Source: Eledone cirrhosa
Taxonomy: Eukaryota
NCBI GenBank assembly: GCA_964016885.1
Contig: OZ024740.1
Location: forward strand, 373,798,001 to 373,862,000
DNA length: 64,000 nucleotides
Reading direction: 5' to 3'
Made by a program: the position numbers and the translations under genes. Positions 1-13,320 of the stretch are shown here, piece by piece. Below the pieces are notes generated by a model, which worked only from the letters and a program-made list of their open reading frames with translations, had not been told where the DNA came from and searched no databases. Numbering within the stretch: the first letter of the stretch is position 1; the number at the start of each line of letters is the position of its first letter.

Positions 1-1254
1 GAAAGCTGAAACTGCTGTTGTTTATTTAAACACAACAATAGTCAATGACCATCGTAATTTTCCCGACGGAAACGTAAAATAATATTCACACATGTTTTCG
101 GACGAAATAAACACCAATAATGTTTGGATTAAATGAACAAGTTTGTATTTTTCAAATATAACTTGCAAATGACAACCGGTGGGTGATTTCATTTAGACGA
201 AGCTCTCACATGCGTGCCAGAAAATATGAAAGTTAGACAGTCTACAAAAACCATTACCTTTCTCTTCTTGTAGAAGAAATAGATACAAACTTTGATGGTT
301 AACAATATTAAACCATAGAAAGGATACAAAACGTGGCTAGGGTTAATACAAATGTTTATGATTTACGAGAATTGTTTTCCTTTAGATACGAGATTTGTAT
401 CATTTCAACAACAAAAGCATTCAAGGTTAAGAAATACTGTGTTAGAATGACCTGAGAGTGTTTACAGATCGTAACATTCTTAGAGAATAAGAAACAAATG
501 TCAGCATAGGACATGGGTCAATCTAATTGATTGCATAGAAACAAATTGCTAACACTGACCATAGGGAAACTGATTGTGCATCTCATACAAATGAATACCC
601 CAAGCACCACCATAACCAATTTGGAGTTAGAAACATTATTGATGACGTTCAGACTCAAACTGAAATCAATATTACATGTAAAAGTCGATTGAATCTAATT
701 CACACATCTTACATTCCTAACATCATGAAAGCTATGTCTCTGAAAATATCCCAATTACACTATCCTATAATATAACGCATTGTACCTAGTTAAAACCAAT
801 AAATATTACGTGAAATAATTGCATGGTGTCCGATAGGCAGACAATGAACTATCCAATGTTTGCTGTCAGTAACGAACGAAATATCGAAAACTACATAATG
901 TCAAAAGCTAAATTTCTTTGATATGAAGTTGAACAAAAAGATTCATTTTTGATGAAGCAGACGGGTAGCTTAGCTGTTGCTTGGATTCCAAGCTATATAC
1001 AATGCATAGTACAAATGCTCTTTTGGTTAATATCTTTTGGGTTTGATCAAATAAGACCTTTATGAAACAGCGTTGATGCTCATAGTAATATATCAAAGAA
1101 ATTAGGACAAATATTAATATTCTTCAGATGTTATATACAAGTTTATATAACATTTCTACCATAAATATTGTTTCGATTATTCTGTTTTTAAGATAACATT
1201 AATCGTCACAATCAAAAGTGTGCCACACATACCAACTTTTTTTATTTTTCAATC

Positions 1255-1870
1255 TTAGTTGGAGATGTTTAACATGAGCACAGCTAGAAGAAACCATTCT
1301 GCTCGCATGCATCCTGTGTTCCGTTATTGCTGATTTGTGAAGATTTGTAGAACAGCTATTGCTGCGGGTAGGACAGATCCGGCTATCGTCAACAACAGCT
1401 TACCGATCACCCTGCCGTCTTATTTCGTCCGGGAAGGGCAGGCAACATTCCTATGTCTGGTGTCTGTAGCGATAGAGATTTTGAAAGGACTGAAGAGTGA
1501 TATGTTTTGTTTTCCTATACGGCCAAGCACTCATCGACCTTATGAAGATCCACTTGGAAAACAAGTTCAGGGTGGACGGAGAAGTGCTGCCGCCATTATA
1601 TTAGTTTAATGGAGGGTAAATGTTGTGATGATGGACCGCGATAATGGGCCAACCCTGAGTATGTGGCTGCAGGCGTGAGAATTTAAGGGAGAGGAGGGCA
1701 CATTCCTTGGATGTGGTCTCGGATTCTGGAGCCCCTAAATCTTGTGGGAATTCTGTTGTTACTTACTTAATTGTTTTCTGTTTTTCCTTTTGGCTTTTTT
1801 GCACATTTATGTAAAAACCTACTGTCCCTGTTTATTTGTATTGTTCTTTATGTTGCAGCCGTAGTTGCAA
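1255..1870 (+). mobile_element. Decayed 3' fragment of an L1/Tx1-clade LINE
   Basis: ORF 1337-1609 (RTDPAIV...FVREGQATFLCLVS) is homologous to the C-terminal ORF2 region of the LINE at 2571-8514 (ETDPAIG...FLRSGR; FLCLVAVV in the copy at 44157-44474); followed by a T-rich 3' UTR. Confidence 0.75.
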
Positions 1871-2570
1871 AAGCGTGTGTATAGGATAGCATTCTCGTAA
1901 ATTCAGTGATTTTCACATGTTTAAAACATGTCTATAATACTTGGGCCTCTGGTCCAAATATTTAATTTTATACTCCAAATTTGTTTCCCCCCATTTTTTT
2001 TTAGAAATGGAGGAACCCGATCACCTGCTTCCGATGAACCTAACAACCAAATGTTCATAAAAATGAAAATGGGTAGTTTGAATTTTGAGAAGGAAGAAAT
2101 AATATTAGCCAGATCCGTCTTATATGTTATCAAGAGGTTATCAACACGCCAAAAAATTGATTCCTTAGATAAAAGACAAATCTTGGAAAAAGTATTAGTA
2201 AGATAAGTATAGGAAAAAGAAATAATACGATAAAAAACAGCAACATAAAATACAACAAAGACGACAACACCAACAGCTACTGCTAACCACAGCACTGCAC
2301 CTACTACATCAACACCACCGCAAAAGCACTTGAAACAAGTATCAAACTACCACTACCATCACGGCGACAAGATAGACAGCTACAACATAACATTTCACCA
2401 CCACCGCTACATAAACGGCGCCCCAATAGCAATCAAACAAGTACTAATTCGAAAGCCAAACCAACACCACCGAAGACTCATCAAACAGCAACAACACAAA
2501 CAACAATTATATCACAAACACCAACACCATCTACATACCAGCAATAATCACATATCTAGTTAATAATAAT

Positions 2571-5500
2571 AAGAATGATTTCATTTATTAACAACACGGG
2601 CCGACATGTAGGGGACAATACAAAGACAAGGAGAGTCGGGTTTTACAATAAGGTCGAGAAAAGTGCACAATGGCAAGACTAATTTAACAATGAAGATATA
2701 AACATATAAAATAAACTATGCATAAATATAACAAAATAAATTCCCCGATAGGGGGTGGACGACCCTGGGGTGACTCGGGTACCCCACCAATCCTGAACCA
2801 CCCTGCATTTCTAAGGCACCCAGAGAGAGTACCCCTCTTTTCAAGTTATCTAGCCTATAGGCGCATGGTCAGAGTAGGCTCATTCACACGAGCCATTCTC
2901 GCCACATTCACACACCTTGTAGCAAATGTACTGGGGAGAAGCACATCTTTCTCCACCCTCACCTTCCTCTCCACGTGAAACTTGAAGAAGTTGATGAGGG
3001 ATTGGTCGAAGAGAAAAGTGCCTGCCTTCAGTTCTGTTAACCTGGTCCACCATATACCTCTTTCGCAACTGCCACCAGACAGAGGAAAATGTCCTGCTCT
3101 TCCTGACCTAAGGAAGGCGGTGGGTCGATCTTCTCTATGGACTCGCCCGATAGCCGGATCCGTTTCACACGCGACAGTAGCTGTTCGACATAACTCCACA
3201 GGTCAGTATTGCACGGAAATTAGACAAGTGCATGCAGAACGGTTTCGTCGTTCTGTGCGCATCTTGGGCAGGTCCGACTAACAGCACTTCCGTGCCTGTA
3301 GAGTTTATCCCGAACCGGCAGAGGCCCTCGGTAGCAGTGCCAAGCGAGAGATTTCTGGAAATTGTCCATCGCCTCGGCCCAAAAGTCCTCCGGTACAGAC
3401 TGGTCATTGCGTCTTCGTCGAGGCCCAAGGCTTCTCCGAGTGCGTCATCGCACTTGCCCACCACTAATCCTCTATAGAACTCGATGATGATCGCATTGCC
3501 CCTTTGGTAGACGACAGTGAGTGCCTGGCAATATTCCAAGTGCCAGCACCCATACTCAGTCTTTTCTTGACCCAGGACTGCAGCTCAGTCAAAGAAATTA
3601 GCTGCGGACTGAAAGGCCCGTCTGATAAACGGCGAACACACCTGTTCACCGTTGAGGCAGAATATCTGGAGATGTCGCAGCCTCAACGCATGTCTGCGGA
3701 TCATTAGCCACGGCATGCCCAGCCCTCCGCGTAGAGGGTGCTGGCAGCAGATGGTCCGCCACACCAATGGAAATTGTCCCCTCCACAATAATTTTAAGAG
3801 GAGCCGTTCCAACTTGGCGAGGCCCGGACGGGGGCAAGGCACGACCGTCAGGCGGTAGTAGACGACGGATGCGATGTACGCATTAGCCACCTCTGCACAA
3901 CCTTTCAGTGATAGCTTCCTCCCAGCCCAATTTTGGGTAAGACAGGCTAATCTGCTCGTTACCTGGTCCCAATTCTTTTCCACCTGGAGGTCTGGTCCGA
4001 ATCAAACCTCGAACAACTTTTCCTGTCCGTCCGTCCAGCGTCCCACGACGCTGTTGAACGGCATGGGCTTGCCTCTCCAGTTTCCGATTGCAAGCCCATC
4101 GACTTTTTCGGGTTAAGTGTGGCTCCTGTCAACCTTTCATATTCCTTCAATAAGGTGGCGACCACTTCGATTTCTGAGGTGTTTGACACCATCACGGTGA
4201 TGTCGTCCGCATAAGCCGAGATCGCCTTTTCACGTCCCTGTTCGAGCGGGATGCCCTGCAACTGCTCCAGTTTCCGCAGTAAAGGCTCGAGAGTCAATAC
4301 GTACAGAAGGGAAGAGAGAGGGCACCCTTGACGGACCGATCGGGAGAGCCGAAATGGTTCGGAGAGGTGGCCATTAACCTTGAGCACCGAACGTGTGCCG
4401 CTGTGCATTGCAGTGATCCAGCTTCTGAAGACAGGGCCGAAGACAGCTGCTCTGAGGACAAACTCCAGATACCGATGGTCGACCCGATCGAATGTTTCAC
4501 TTGATCTAAATTGATCAATGCCCCATCGCAGCCAGGTTTACACCCTACCATCTCTATGATGTATCGCATGAGGTGGAAATTGGTGGAGATGGACCTGGCT
4601 CGGATTGCGCAAGTTTGCGCCTCCCCAACCAAATCCTCGACGACAAGCGCCAATCTCTTTGCTAACACATTGTACAACATCTTAAACTCTGTGTTGAGCA
4701 GAATTATGGGCCTGAAGTTGTCTAATGTATCCCTCTTGTTCTCGTCTTTCCTTATCAGCGTCACCACTCACCTGCTCACAGAACTGGGAATACTCCCATT
4801 CTGCTGCCAGTTGCAGTAGAGTGCTTCGAGGAGATCGGATAACAATCTGGCATATTTACGTAAAGCTCGTAGGGCAGACCATCCAAACCGGGTGACTTGC
4901 GCCTCACGCAACCGACAAGGGCGTCCTGAAGTTCGGACGAACTAATCGGCCTTTCGCAGCGCTCAGAGTCGACCGTCGAGATGCACGGCAAGCCGTCAAG
5001 GTAGGGCTGAGATCCGCTACTCTCTCTGACTCGCCACTCTCCCAGAACAACCGAGCAAAGTGCTGGCGAAAGGCCTCACACATCCGCTTGGAATCGCTTA
5101 TCTCGTGTCCATCTCGGTTCGCGAAAGACCGAATTGTGGTTTTATTACCACGCTGCGCCTTCGCCAAGCGGGTTCAACGAACAGCTTTGGTTCCCTCGTT
5201 TCTCAGCGCACGCGCCTTAGCTCTGGCAATGCAAACTTAGTGTTTTGCATTGAAGAAATGGTCTAATGCCAATCTCGCCGCTAGCACGTCAGATGCAATG
5301 CCACTACAAATAGCCTTGTCTAACTTATCTCCCCGTCCTTTCTATTTTTCTCTAACGCTAGTTCTTTGCTGAACTCTATCGAAGTTACTCTAATCTCTCT
5401 GTTGAGAGCCCCCCCCCCCCATCTGTTGTTGATGATCCCCCCTGTCAACTTTTGCTTAACTAAATTGTTGACTCGGTCCCTGTAAGCTTTACGTGCCGGA

Positions 5501-8275
5501 AATGACATGTTCAGCTTCCAGTAACCCGATCCTAACCTACGCGTTTTATCTAGGTTGACCGTACAGATCACACATTTGTGATCTGAAAATGAGACTGTTT
5601 TAAAAAGTGGGCAGCCTATACTATTTCTATCTATTTTTCTAATGAAGATCCTGTCTATATACTATCTAGATGACCCCATTCGGTTGGGCTATGTCCATAC
5701 TGGCACATTGGGGAAATCTAGTCGATACCTGTCATACATTTGTAACTGGGTGAGTAGGTGCTTGAGGCTTTTGGCACCGCCCCGCTCCTATTGGCTACTC
5801 CCACACAATCTCAGCGTGCGTCTAAGATGCCATTCCAGTCCCCCGCTAACAGTAAAGGGTGAGACGTATCAGAAAGTTCTCCAGGCGACTAAAGAAGTCC
5901 GGTCGTCCGTCCCCTGTAGGTGCGTAGACGGCCAGCAGTCAAAAGGCACCACCTTCGCTACTGCTCACATCCAAGACCACCAACTTATCGGCCTTGTCCC
6001 GGAAGATCGACCTTACCTCGAGATCCAGTCCTTTCCTAAGGAGCACTGCCACCCCACCCCTCATTCACGGCCTGCTAACAGATGCCAAGATCTGATAGTC
6101 GTCGAAAATGAGGGCTACTGCGCTCGTGTTGGAAATTATGGTCTCGCTGACGGCAATCACATCCATTTTCAGCGACCTGAGGTCGTTGAGCAGGCGAACC
6201 TGCTTCCAGGGTGACCCCATGCCGCAAACATTTAAACTTCCTACTCTATGGCCATGTTGGTAAGCTAAGAGAGAGATGGAAGGTTTACTTACCTCCCGGG
6301 GTCTTGTCAAGTTCGGGTTACTCGACATCCATGGTTGGCGGGCTTTCTTTTGGGAACCCCTTTAAAAGTCTCGATGTGGGTTTCACATTCGGGATTTCTA
6401 TGTCTTGAGGAAAGCTCTCACGAATTTTCTTTGAAGGAATTGGGTGACATTCGGACCAGAAGCAATTCTTCTGGCACGCAAAACGTGCTCATTTCAAAAA
6501 TCTCCCCCTCTGTTTGAATGTCCTCGCTTCGTGCTAAGAGGGCCATCAGTTTATCGTTGGCCCTTCTGACAAGCACGAAGTTTTTTACATTTTGTTGGTG
6601 TGGTTTTATTTGTTTTCCTTTTGGTGACTGTGTTGGTGATGTTTTTGCTGGTGTTGTTTCGGGTATGTCTGTGTTTGTTGTAGGTGTGGTGTCTGCAATT
6701 TCAGGTATTATTGTGTTTATTTACACCTGTGTTTGTTTATGTTGTTTGCGTTTCGGGGATTATGGGGGTGGTATCGTTGTTGCTGTTGGTGCTGATGTTA
6801 TTGGGGAAGTGTTTGCTTTAGTGGTGTCTGTATTTTTTATTGTGTATGTGTTTGTGTTTTGTTGGGGCTTTTTTATTTTTGTGAGTTTTCTCTGTTTTTT
6901 TTGCACGTTTGGGTCTTCCTTCATCTTCGCTGCTGGAAGACAAAGGGTCTGTGGCACTGAGTGTCTCTGTATATGTGTGTGCCTTTATTGTTTTGTCTAT
7001 GTGTATAATAATTAGGGGGAACGGGAGAACTTTCCGCCTTTTCCCCCTGGATTGGTTTTGGTATTGGTGGTGATCCGGCTGTTTTTTATGTTGGTGTCCG
7101 TGACTTTGTTGGTGTTATTTTTGGTGACGGTGGTGGTGCAGCTTTCTGGGCTGACACTGGCGTTGGCAACAAAGGAGGTTTGCGACCCCCTGCACTTTAG
7201 CGCTTTGGGTAGAAAGATTGCAGATGCGTTGCTTCCCCGCAGACGAAGCAGCGTGGCCTTCTTCCGTCAATGATTAGTTGGATTGTTGTCCCGATCTGCA
7301 GGCGGGCAAAAATCCGGGATGTTGTTCATTCCTCCGGTTTCATTTGGAGAAGAATCTCCAAATCCATTCCGGTTCCAGTCCTCTCTCTCTGTCCTTTTGA
7401 TATCCAGGAGAGTAGTGTCTGTCCCCTCCCGATTACGCATCCCAGCAGCCACCATATGTTCATATGCTGATAATGCGGACATTTACTATCCTTTTACCCA
7501 TGTAGGACGGATGCATGATAATGCATTCCGTTCTGCAGGGGGTCACCGAGTGCTTTATAGCGAGGGCCTCGGTTTTGAACAGTACCGAGATGGTACCGAA
7601 CTGTTTGCCTCTTGCTTTATACTCTATGTAACTTCCGATGTACTCCAAAGCAGCCTCGAACTCTGCTTGGCTGGCAAGTTCCACTTTTCGTGTTTGTACC
7701 GAAATGCATCGAAAGTACACCATCCTCCTTTACATGGCCGCTATTGCCTCGTCCTGGATGGTCAGGTTTGCCCAGGACTTTTCCCGTTTAATTAGCCTCC
7801 GCGCTTGGGCCAACTGTTCGTCTTTATCGCTAATATCAATATCAATATTCAATAAGCGCTTTGTGTTTGCTGCTGGTGCAGCAAATGTGGTGCTTTTGAT
7901 GTTTTTGTTGTTGGTGTTGTCATTATTGCTGTTGTTATTGGTGTTGTTGTTGTTGTTTTGTTTGTTGATGCTGTTGCCACCGCCATCCATGTTTACAGTG
8001 AAGCTGTCGGTGTTATTGTCGTCATTGCTCTGAGTTGTTGTTGTTGTGGTGGTGGTGGTGGCGGTGGCGGCGCTGGTGGTGGTGATGTCGTTTTGAGATG
8101 ATACTCCTGCTCTCACAGTAAGTTGTGATGGTAGCTTTTGAGTTTTGCCTTCACCATCAGTAGAGTGGACGACAGGCATAACTGTAGCCGTCGTAGTCGT
8201 GGTGAAATCTACAGTGGTTGCCTTTAAACTTTGCCTGAACGTTGTTTACCGTTTCAAGGTCGAAAATTTCCATTC

Positions 8276-8307
<32 letters not shown>

Positions 8308-8514
8308 TTTTTTTTCGATTTAAAAAAAAAATGAATCTGAATATTCGGGCTTAATGCCCTAATATTGCGAGGTATCCCTCTCTTTAAATCAAGATGTGTA
8401 CCTTAAATTTCGTTAACGACAACAAAATACAAATAAAATGACACTTTAAAACAGCTTAAAGTTACGAACCTTTTCCCCCGCAGATTTGTTCTGTCTTCAT
8501 ACATGTGCGTCCAT
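2571..8514 (-). mobile_element. Near full-length, frameshifted L1/Tx1-clade non-LTR retrotransposon (ORF1, APE endonuclease, RT)
   Basis: Minus-strand fragments: GSLNVCGM...DVIAVSET (APE N-terminus), GSGYWKLN, KSPGLDGLP, NFRPIILLNTEFK, SVRQGCPLSSLLY, SAYADDITV, W...LSLKG; low-complexity T/N-rich ORF1 at ~6400-8180; (AAT)n at both ends. Confidence 0.95.
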
Positions 8515-8529
8515 ATAATAATAATAATA

Positions 8530-9670
8530 ATAAGAGGAGGAATTATAATGATAATAATAATAAAACAAATGTGACTCATTGTCACCTTTTCTGTACATCT
8601 CAGGGAGATAATTGAGCAATGGCTCATACAACTGGAAGCTGCATACAAATAAAAACCCATTGGATTGGATAGTTACCTCCACTACACCCCAGATGAATTT
8701 CTTAAGCCTGACCTCAACCATGGATGGATTAAAAAAAAACTACACTGAATAACAAAAGAGGCAAGCAAATTTAGGCAAAAACTGAACATGGAACAAATCA
8801 TACCCATAGAAAATCAACAACTAATTGCTGTAAACTAGCTAGGAATGTGAAGATCAAAGTAAAAAACCTCCAAAGAGAGGAACTAAAGTGTGAATGAAAA
8901 CCAGTAGATGGTAGAATGCCAGACCGGCTTTCTGACAATAATTGTTTCTACTTTTGGCTCAAGCCCTAACTTTTTCTCATTTTTCTACTTTTGCCAATCT
9001 ATTGCCCTAACTTTCTGACATTAGTGCTCAGAAGTGCTGGTTTGTAATCAGACACTTAGCGACACTTCGACCAATCTCTTAACACTCGGGCCTATAACCA
9101 CAGCATAGTGAATGATGGGATAGCCTTCTATGCAGAATATGCTACAAATACGAAGAAACGGTAGATCATATTATATACGGGTGTCCAGAGCTGACAAAAA
9201 AGGATTATATAGAAAGACACAACGGCATTGCCAAATATGTACACTGGCTACTCTACCGCTTCCATGTCATCCAGCCCTCAGACAAATGGATTGAACATTA
9301 ACCAAAAATAATCATAGAAAATGGCGACATATCCATCTTGTTAGATATGCCTCGACCAAGAAATTGCTGCCAACTGATCAGATATCATGAAAATCGGATG
9401 ACATGTAGCCTTATAGATATTGCCGAACAAGCTGATGAGAAAACATCTGTAAAAACAATGGAAACTTGTCAAATTACAAAGATCTGGAAATAGAGATCAA
9501 CCGCATTCGGATGATGACAAGGAACTCTATAGCTCTGGTAATAACAGCATTAGGATTAATGCTCAAATCATCAGACCTACACCTTAGCGTCCTCCCCTGC
9601 AATATCAGCAAATATGAGCTACAGAAGATAGGGCTGCTGTGAACAGCACACATTCTCAGAAGAATTATTT
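8530..9670 (+). mobile_element. Old 3' fragment of an R4/Dong-clade (RLE) LINE
   Basis: 9131-9230 translates CRICYKYEETVDHIIYGCPEL...RHNGIA (CCHC knuckle plus RH[D/N]); ends ...TAHILRRII like the other R4 copies. Confidence 0.8.
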
Positions 9671-9706
9671 ATATATTATTATTATTATCCTTAGGGTTGA
9701 CATTAT

Positions 9707-9892
9707 GATTGGCGCCATAGAGTCACGGCCCTTTATGTTCTGCGTTCAAATCCTGTCAAGCTTAGCTTTGCCTTTCGTCTTGACGGGGTCAATAAAATAA
9801 ATCACCAGCCACGCACCGGGGTTGATTTAATCGACCCCCTCCTCCAAATTTGAAAACTTTGCTGGCCTTGTGCCTATATATGAAACAATTAT
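9707..9892 (+). mobile_element. tRNA-derived SINE (octopus OK/OR-like family)
   Basis: gttcaaatcc B-box-like motif, tttgcctttc...ggggtcaataaaataa...ggggttgatttaatcgac...gctggccttgtgcc...gaaacaattat, shared with copies at 27405, 49168-50214 and 61318. Confidence 0.8.
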
Positions 9893-9904
9893 GAGTACCA
9901 GCTG

Positions 9905-9987
9905 AAGCAACAGCAGCAGCAGCAGCAGTAGTAGTAGTATTATTATTATTATTATTATAAAGAAAACATTATTATTATTATTATTAT

Positions 9988-10022
<35 letters not shown>

Positions 10023-10110
10023 ATAGTAGTAGTAATAGTAGTTGTAGTATTAGCAGTAGTAGGGGTTGCTGTTGTTCTTGTTGGAAGAGTAGTAGTAGGA
10101 ATAGTAGGAG
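9905..10110. repeat. Compound trinucleotide microsatellite (CAG)n(TAG)n(ATT)n(TAG)n
   Basis: Read directly. Confidence 0.95.
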
Positions 10111-11189
10111 CACTCCTATTTCTTCGACTGTTTTGTACGAATTTCTTCTGCTTCAAATGGTGTAATTTGTGTCCCCACCATCTCTACAGCATTGGGTGTG
10201 TTCATAGTCTTGGCGTGATTTTAGAGCTTTTATCTTTAATACATCGCATCAGTTGACTGTTCTGCTACATATGATATGTATAATATGAAGTGTGTTATTG
10301 TATTGGCTATCAATCTCGTATATATTGCTTATTGGGTAGGTTTCAAAAGTTGCCTGTCCATATGTCGTCTATATTGCACCTCGAGGCAGCACTGCAGTTA
10401 TATGAAACTAAATTTCACACATCGGGTCAAGTAGTGTATTTGAGACAATATCAACTATGATGACGGCTCAAAGAGAACCTTAATTAGCATGTGTGACAAC
10501 CTAACCATTGTATTTGTGACTGACGAAATGCGTGGATCAATGGTTCTCTTGTCAGTACCTCTACAAATCTAAGTGACATGTGTTTCGGTGATATCACCTT
10601 GAAAATATATGGCAGAAAAAATATATTTCAGATAATCAACACCCAAAGCATCCAATTATGCTATTCCCTGTTTTTCGTGTGGGACAGTGCACCAATCTTA
10701 TAATCCCGGGAATCATCATTTAAGATTTAACCGATATGTCCAAGGTATTCATCACAATGCCTTACCAGTGTCGCTGAAGTTAGATAGTGAGACGTTATGG
10801 TTGCAAGCATTAACAGCAGCAGCATAAATCGGTTGATACCACTTTCTCCTAAAATCTCAATCAGTCCACTTGGGAAGGTCTAGACCAGTCTGAGATCAAG
10901 GGGAAACGGTAGATGTTTATAAAGAAATCTATTTAAAACACCAAAGAAAATCGCCCCTATGAAAACAACATACACATTGTAATCAGAGCTCATTGTGCTT
11001 ATATTGGCGGTTGAATGTTATGCATTACGTAAAATCATCGAACTGAGCTTCAAGATTATTCAGCTGCTTGTGGTCAACTAAATGGACTTTAAAAAGGTAC
11101 TATACAGTGCAGACTATGGAAACGTTTCCTGTAGTATTGAATGCATATACGTTATATAACAATTCAACGACAATGGCAAGTTCATCACA

Positions 11190-11460
11190 TGCTGTTTACT
11201 GCCCCAGAATTAGATATAGAAACCGGAGTGTTTTGACACTGCAAATTCCAGCGGAATCTATAGAACTGAAGATTGTCTTCCACAGACATTGCCTGAGGAC
11301 AATACTATGTATTTCCAGACATAACGCCTTCACAAGTAATGATAGGACGGGAAGAGCTAGGCTGAGTAACCGCTTGATATATCGTCACAATAAGATGAGG
11401 GCAACTGTTGAGCTGCGGTTTACACCTATCCTCGACGATACGATTGAAAATATATTTTGC
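11190..11460 (+). mobile_element. Degenerate RTE-clade LINE fragment
   Basis: FHRHCLRTILCIS...N...RARL resembles the RTE/BovB C-terminal motif FHxRCLRxILxIxWxD. Confidence 0.5.
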
Positions 11461-12227
11461 ATTCAAGTTTGAGAAGGTGAGGATGATATTTAAATAAAAG
11501 TTTTAAGTTGTGGAGGGAAACTAGCAGATATGAGTGAGGTATAGGATGTCACGCAGCCTGATGTACCAGAGGGTTTAGAAATAAATAAATACCTAACAAA
11601 CTGACTAACTAACGAACTATATAACTTGATAATTAATTAACTATCGATATATGTACATATCTAACTACCTATCAAACTAAATAACTAACAAATCAATATA
11701 CTAATTATATTCAATCAATGTATGTGATTTGAATTTGAGCAGCACCATGAATATATAATCCCTGACTGCCTGTTCATAGATATCGATGCATATGACACAG
11801 ATTCGTCTAGAATAAATAGGGAACCATCAACTTTAAAACCTACTGCATGCTATACTTATTTTTTCCATCAACCAGATAGAAAATATTGTGTTGATATGTT
11901 TAATTTCACCAAGAGATGTGGTATGTTGTAATAACACATCTAGAATAAACTATGATAAACAGCGTATAATCATTTACTTTCGAATATGTATACACAGCGT
12001 AACAACACATGTATATATGTTTAAACTATTCATAAATTCATGCATTCGTTTTACATTCTTTATCGAACTCACCTAAGAGTATGATATATAGATTTCAAAA
12101 TATGTTCGGTCTGTTGACACCGCTTGTCACAAGCGCTTACACTGTGTGTATAATTCCGTCGATCATGGGCACATTTGAGTGAAGGGAAAGTTCGCTTATG
12201 TAGACTCGAGTAATTAAATTGTATATG

Positions 12228-12340
12228 ATTTTATAGTTCCCAGTAAGACGAAAAAAAAAGATGACCTCCGTAGGATTTGATCACACAACCTAGAGAATCG
12301 TAATTAAATACCACAACATATTTCATCCAAATCTCTATGA
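12228..12340 (-). mobile_element. Degenerate SINE fragment
   Basis: cccagtaagacgaaa...gacctccgtaggatttgatcacac resembles ccccgtaaggatgaaagg...acctcggcggaatttgaactcag of the SINE array. Confidence 0.5.
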
Positions 12341-13159
12341 ATACAGTCGTCGGATAGTATATATAATGCAAATGTCATGCAACAATACAAGTTAAATATA
12401 ACGGTGCTGTTCACGATGCTACGTTTCGATTCCAAATTGTACAATATGTGATTCGAATTAGAAAGCCCTGTTTTGGATAATTGTAGGTTGCTTACATATT
12501 TCAGATTATCTGTACTTTATAATTACGATGAATGTCACATATTTACGAACGATAATCCAAGTGATGGATGATACAGATTACACAAATTGTCGAAAACGGG
12601 GTATTTTCGTATAAGATTAGAATGATACAGAAAATAAAGATAGGTTAAAGGAAATCCACAAACCATATCGCTTAATCTGTAACATATACTTCTTTTTATG
12701 AAAAAGGATGACTATTTCCATTCCAAATAACTACCCATTCTTATACAGGATGTAAAGCATTCAATAATAAATAATCAAATATACACACAATTTCCATACG
12801 TTCTAATGGTAATGGATATATTTGGAATAGAAATGTAAACCTAGTCTTCCATAGTTTTGCAGTATGGTATCCATAATTTTCGTTTAAAGACGTAAGGATT
12901 TATAGTACATAACGTGGATACAATTACAACGGAATGCATATACGATGATAATTATATGTTACACATACATATCCCAAAAAGCATAAACTATGCACTATTG
13001 AACAACAAAGTGACAGGCGTAATAATTACTCATGGCGGTTTAGGTTACATAAACTCATGCACATGAATATATGTGCATATAATGCACACATACTCACATA
13101 CGCAATCATTTATTCACACATACACACACACGTTATCACTTATATAGATACGCGCACTC

Positions 13160-13206
13160 ATACACACACATACTCACTCACACATACTTACACACACACA
13201 CACACA

Positions 13207-13264
<58 letters not shown>

Positions 13265-13265
13265 C

Positions 13266-13301
<36 letters not shown>

Positions 13302-13320
13302 ATATACATACATTCACAAA
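13160..13320. repeat. (CA)n-(TA)n microsatellite
   Basis: Read directly. Confidence 0.95.

Noticed and set aside
1921-2563. ORFs on both strands between the Tx1 fragments
   Set aside because: No recognisable motif; partly (CAA/CAC) low-complexity sequence
5642-8033. Plus-strand ORFs of 130-190 aa (also 47473-48715)
   Set aside because: Antisense shadows of LINE ORF1/ORF2
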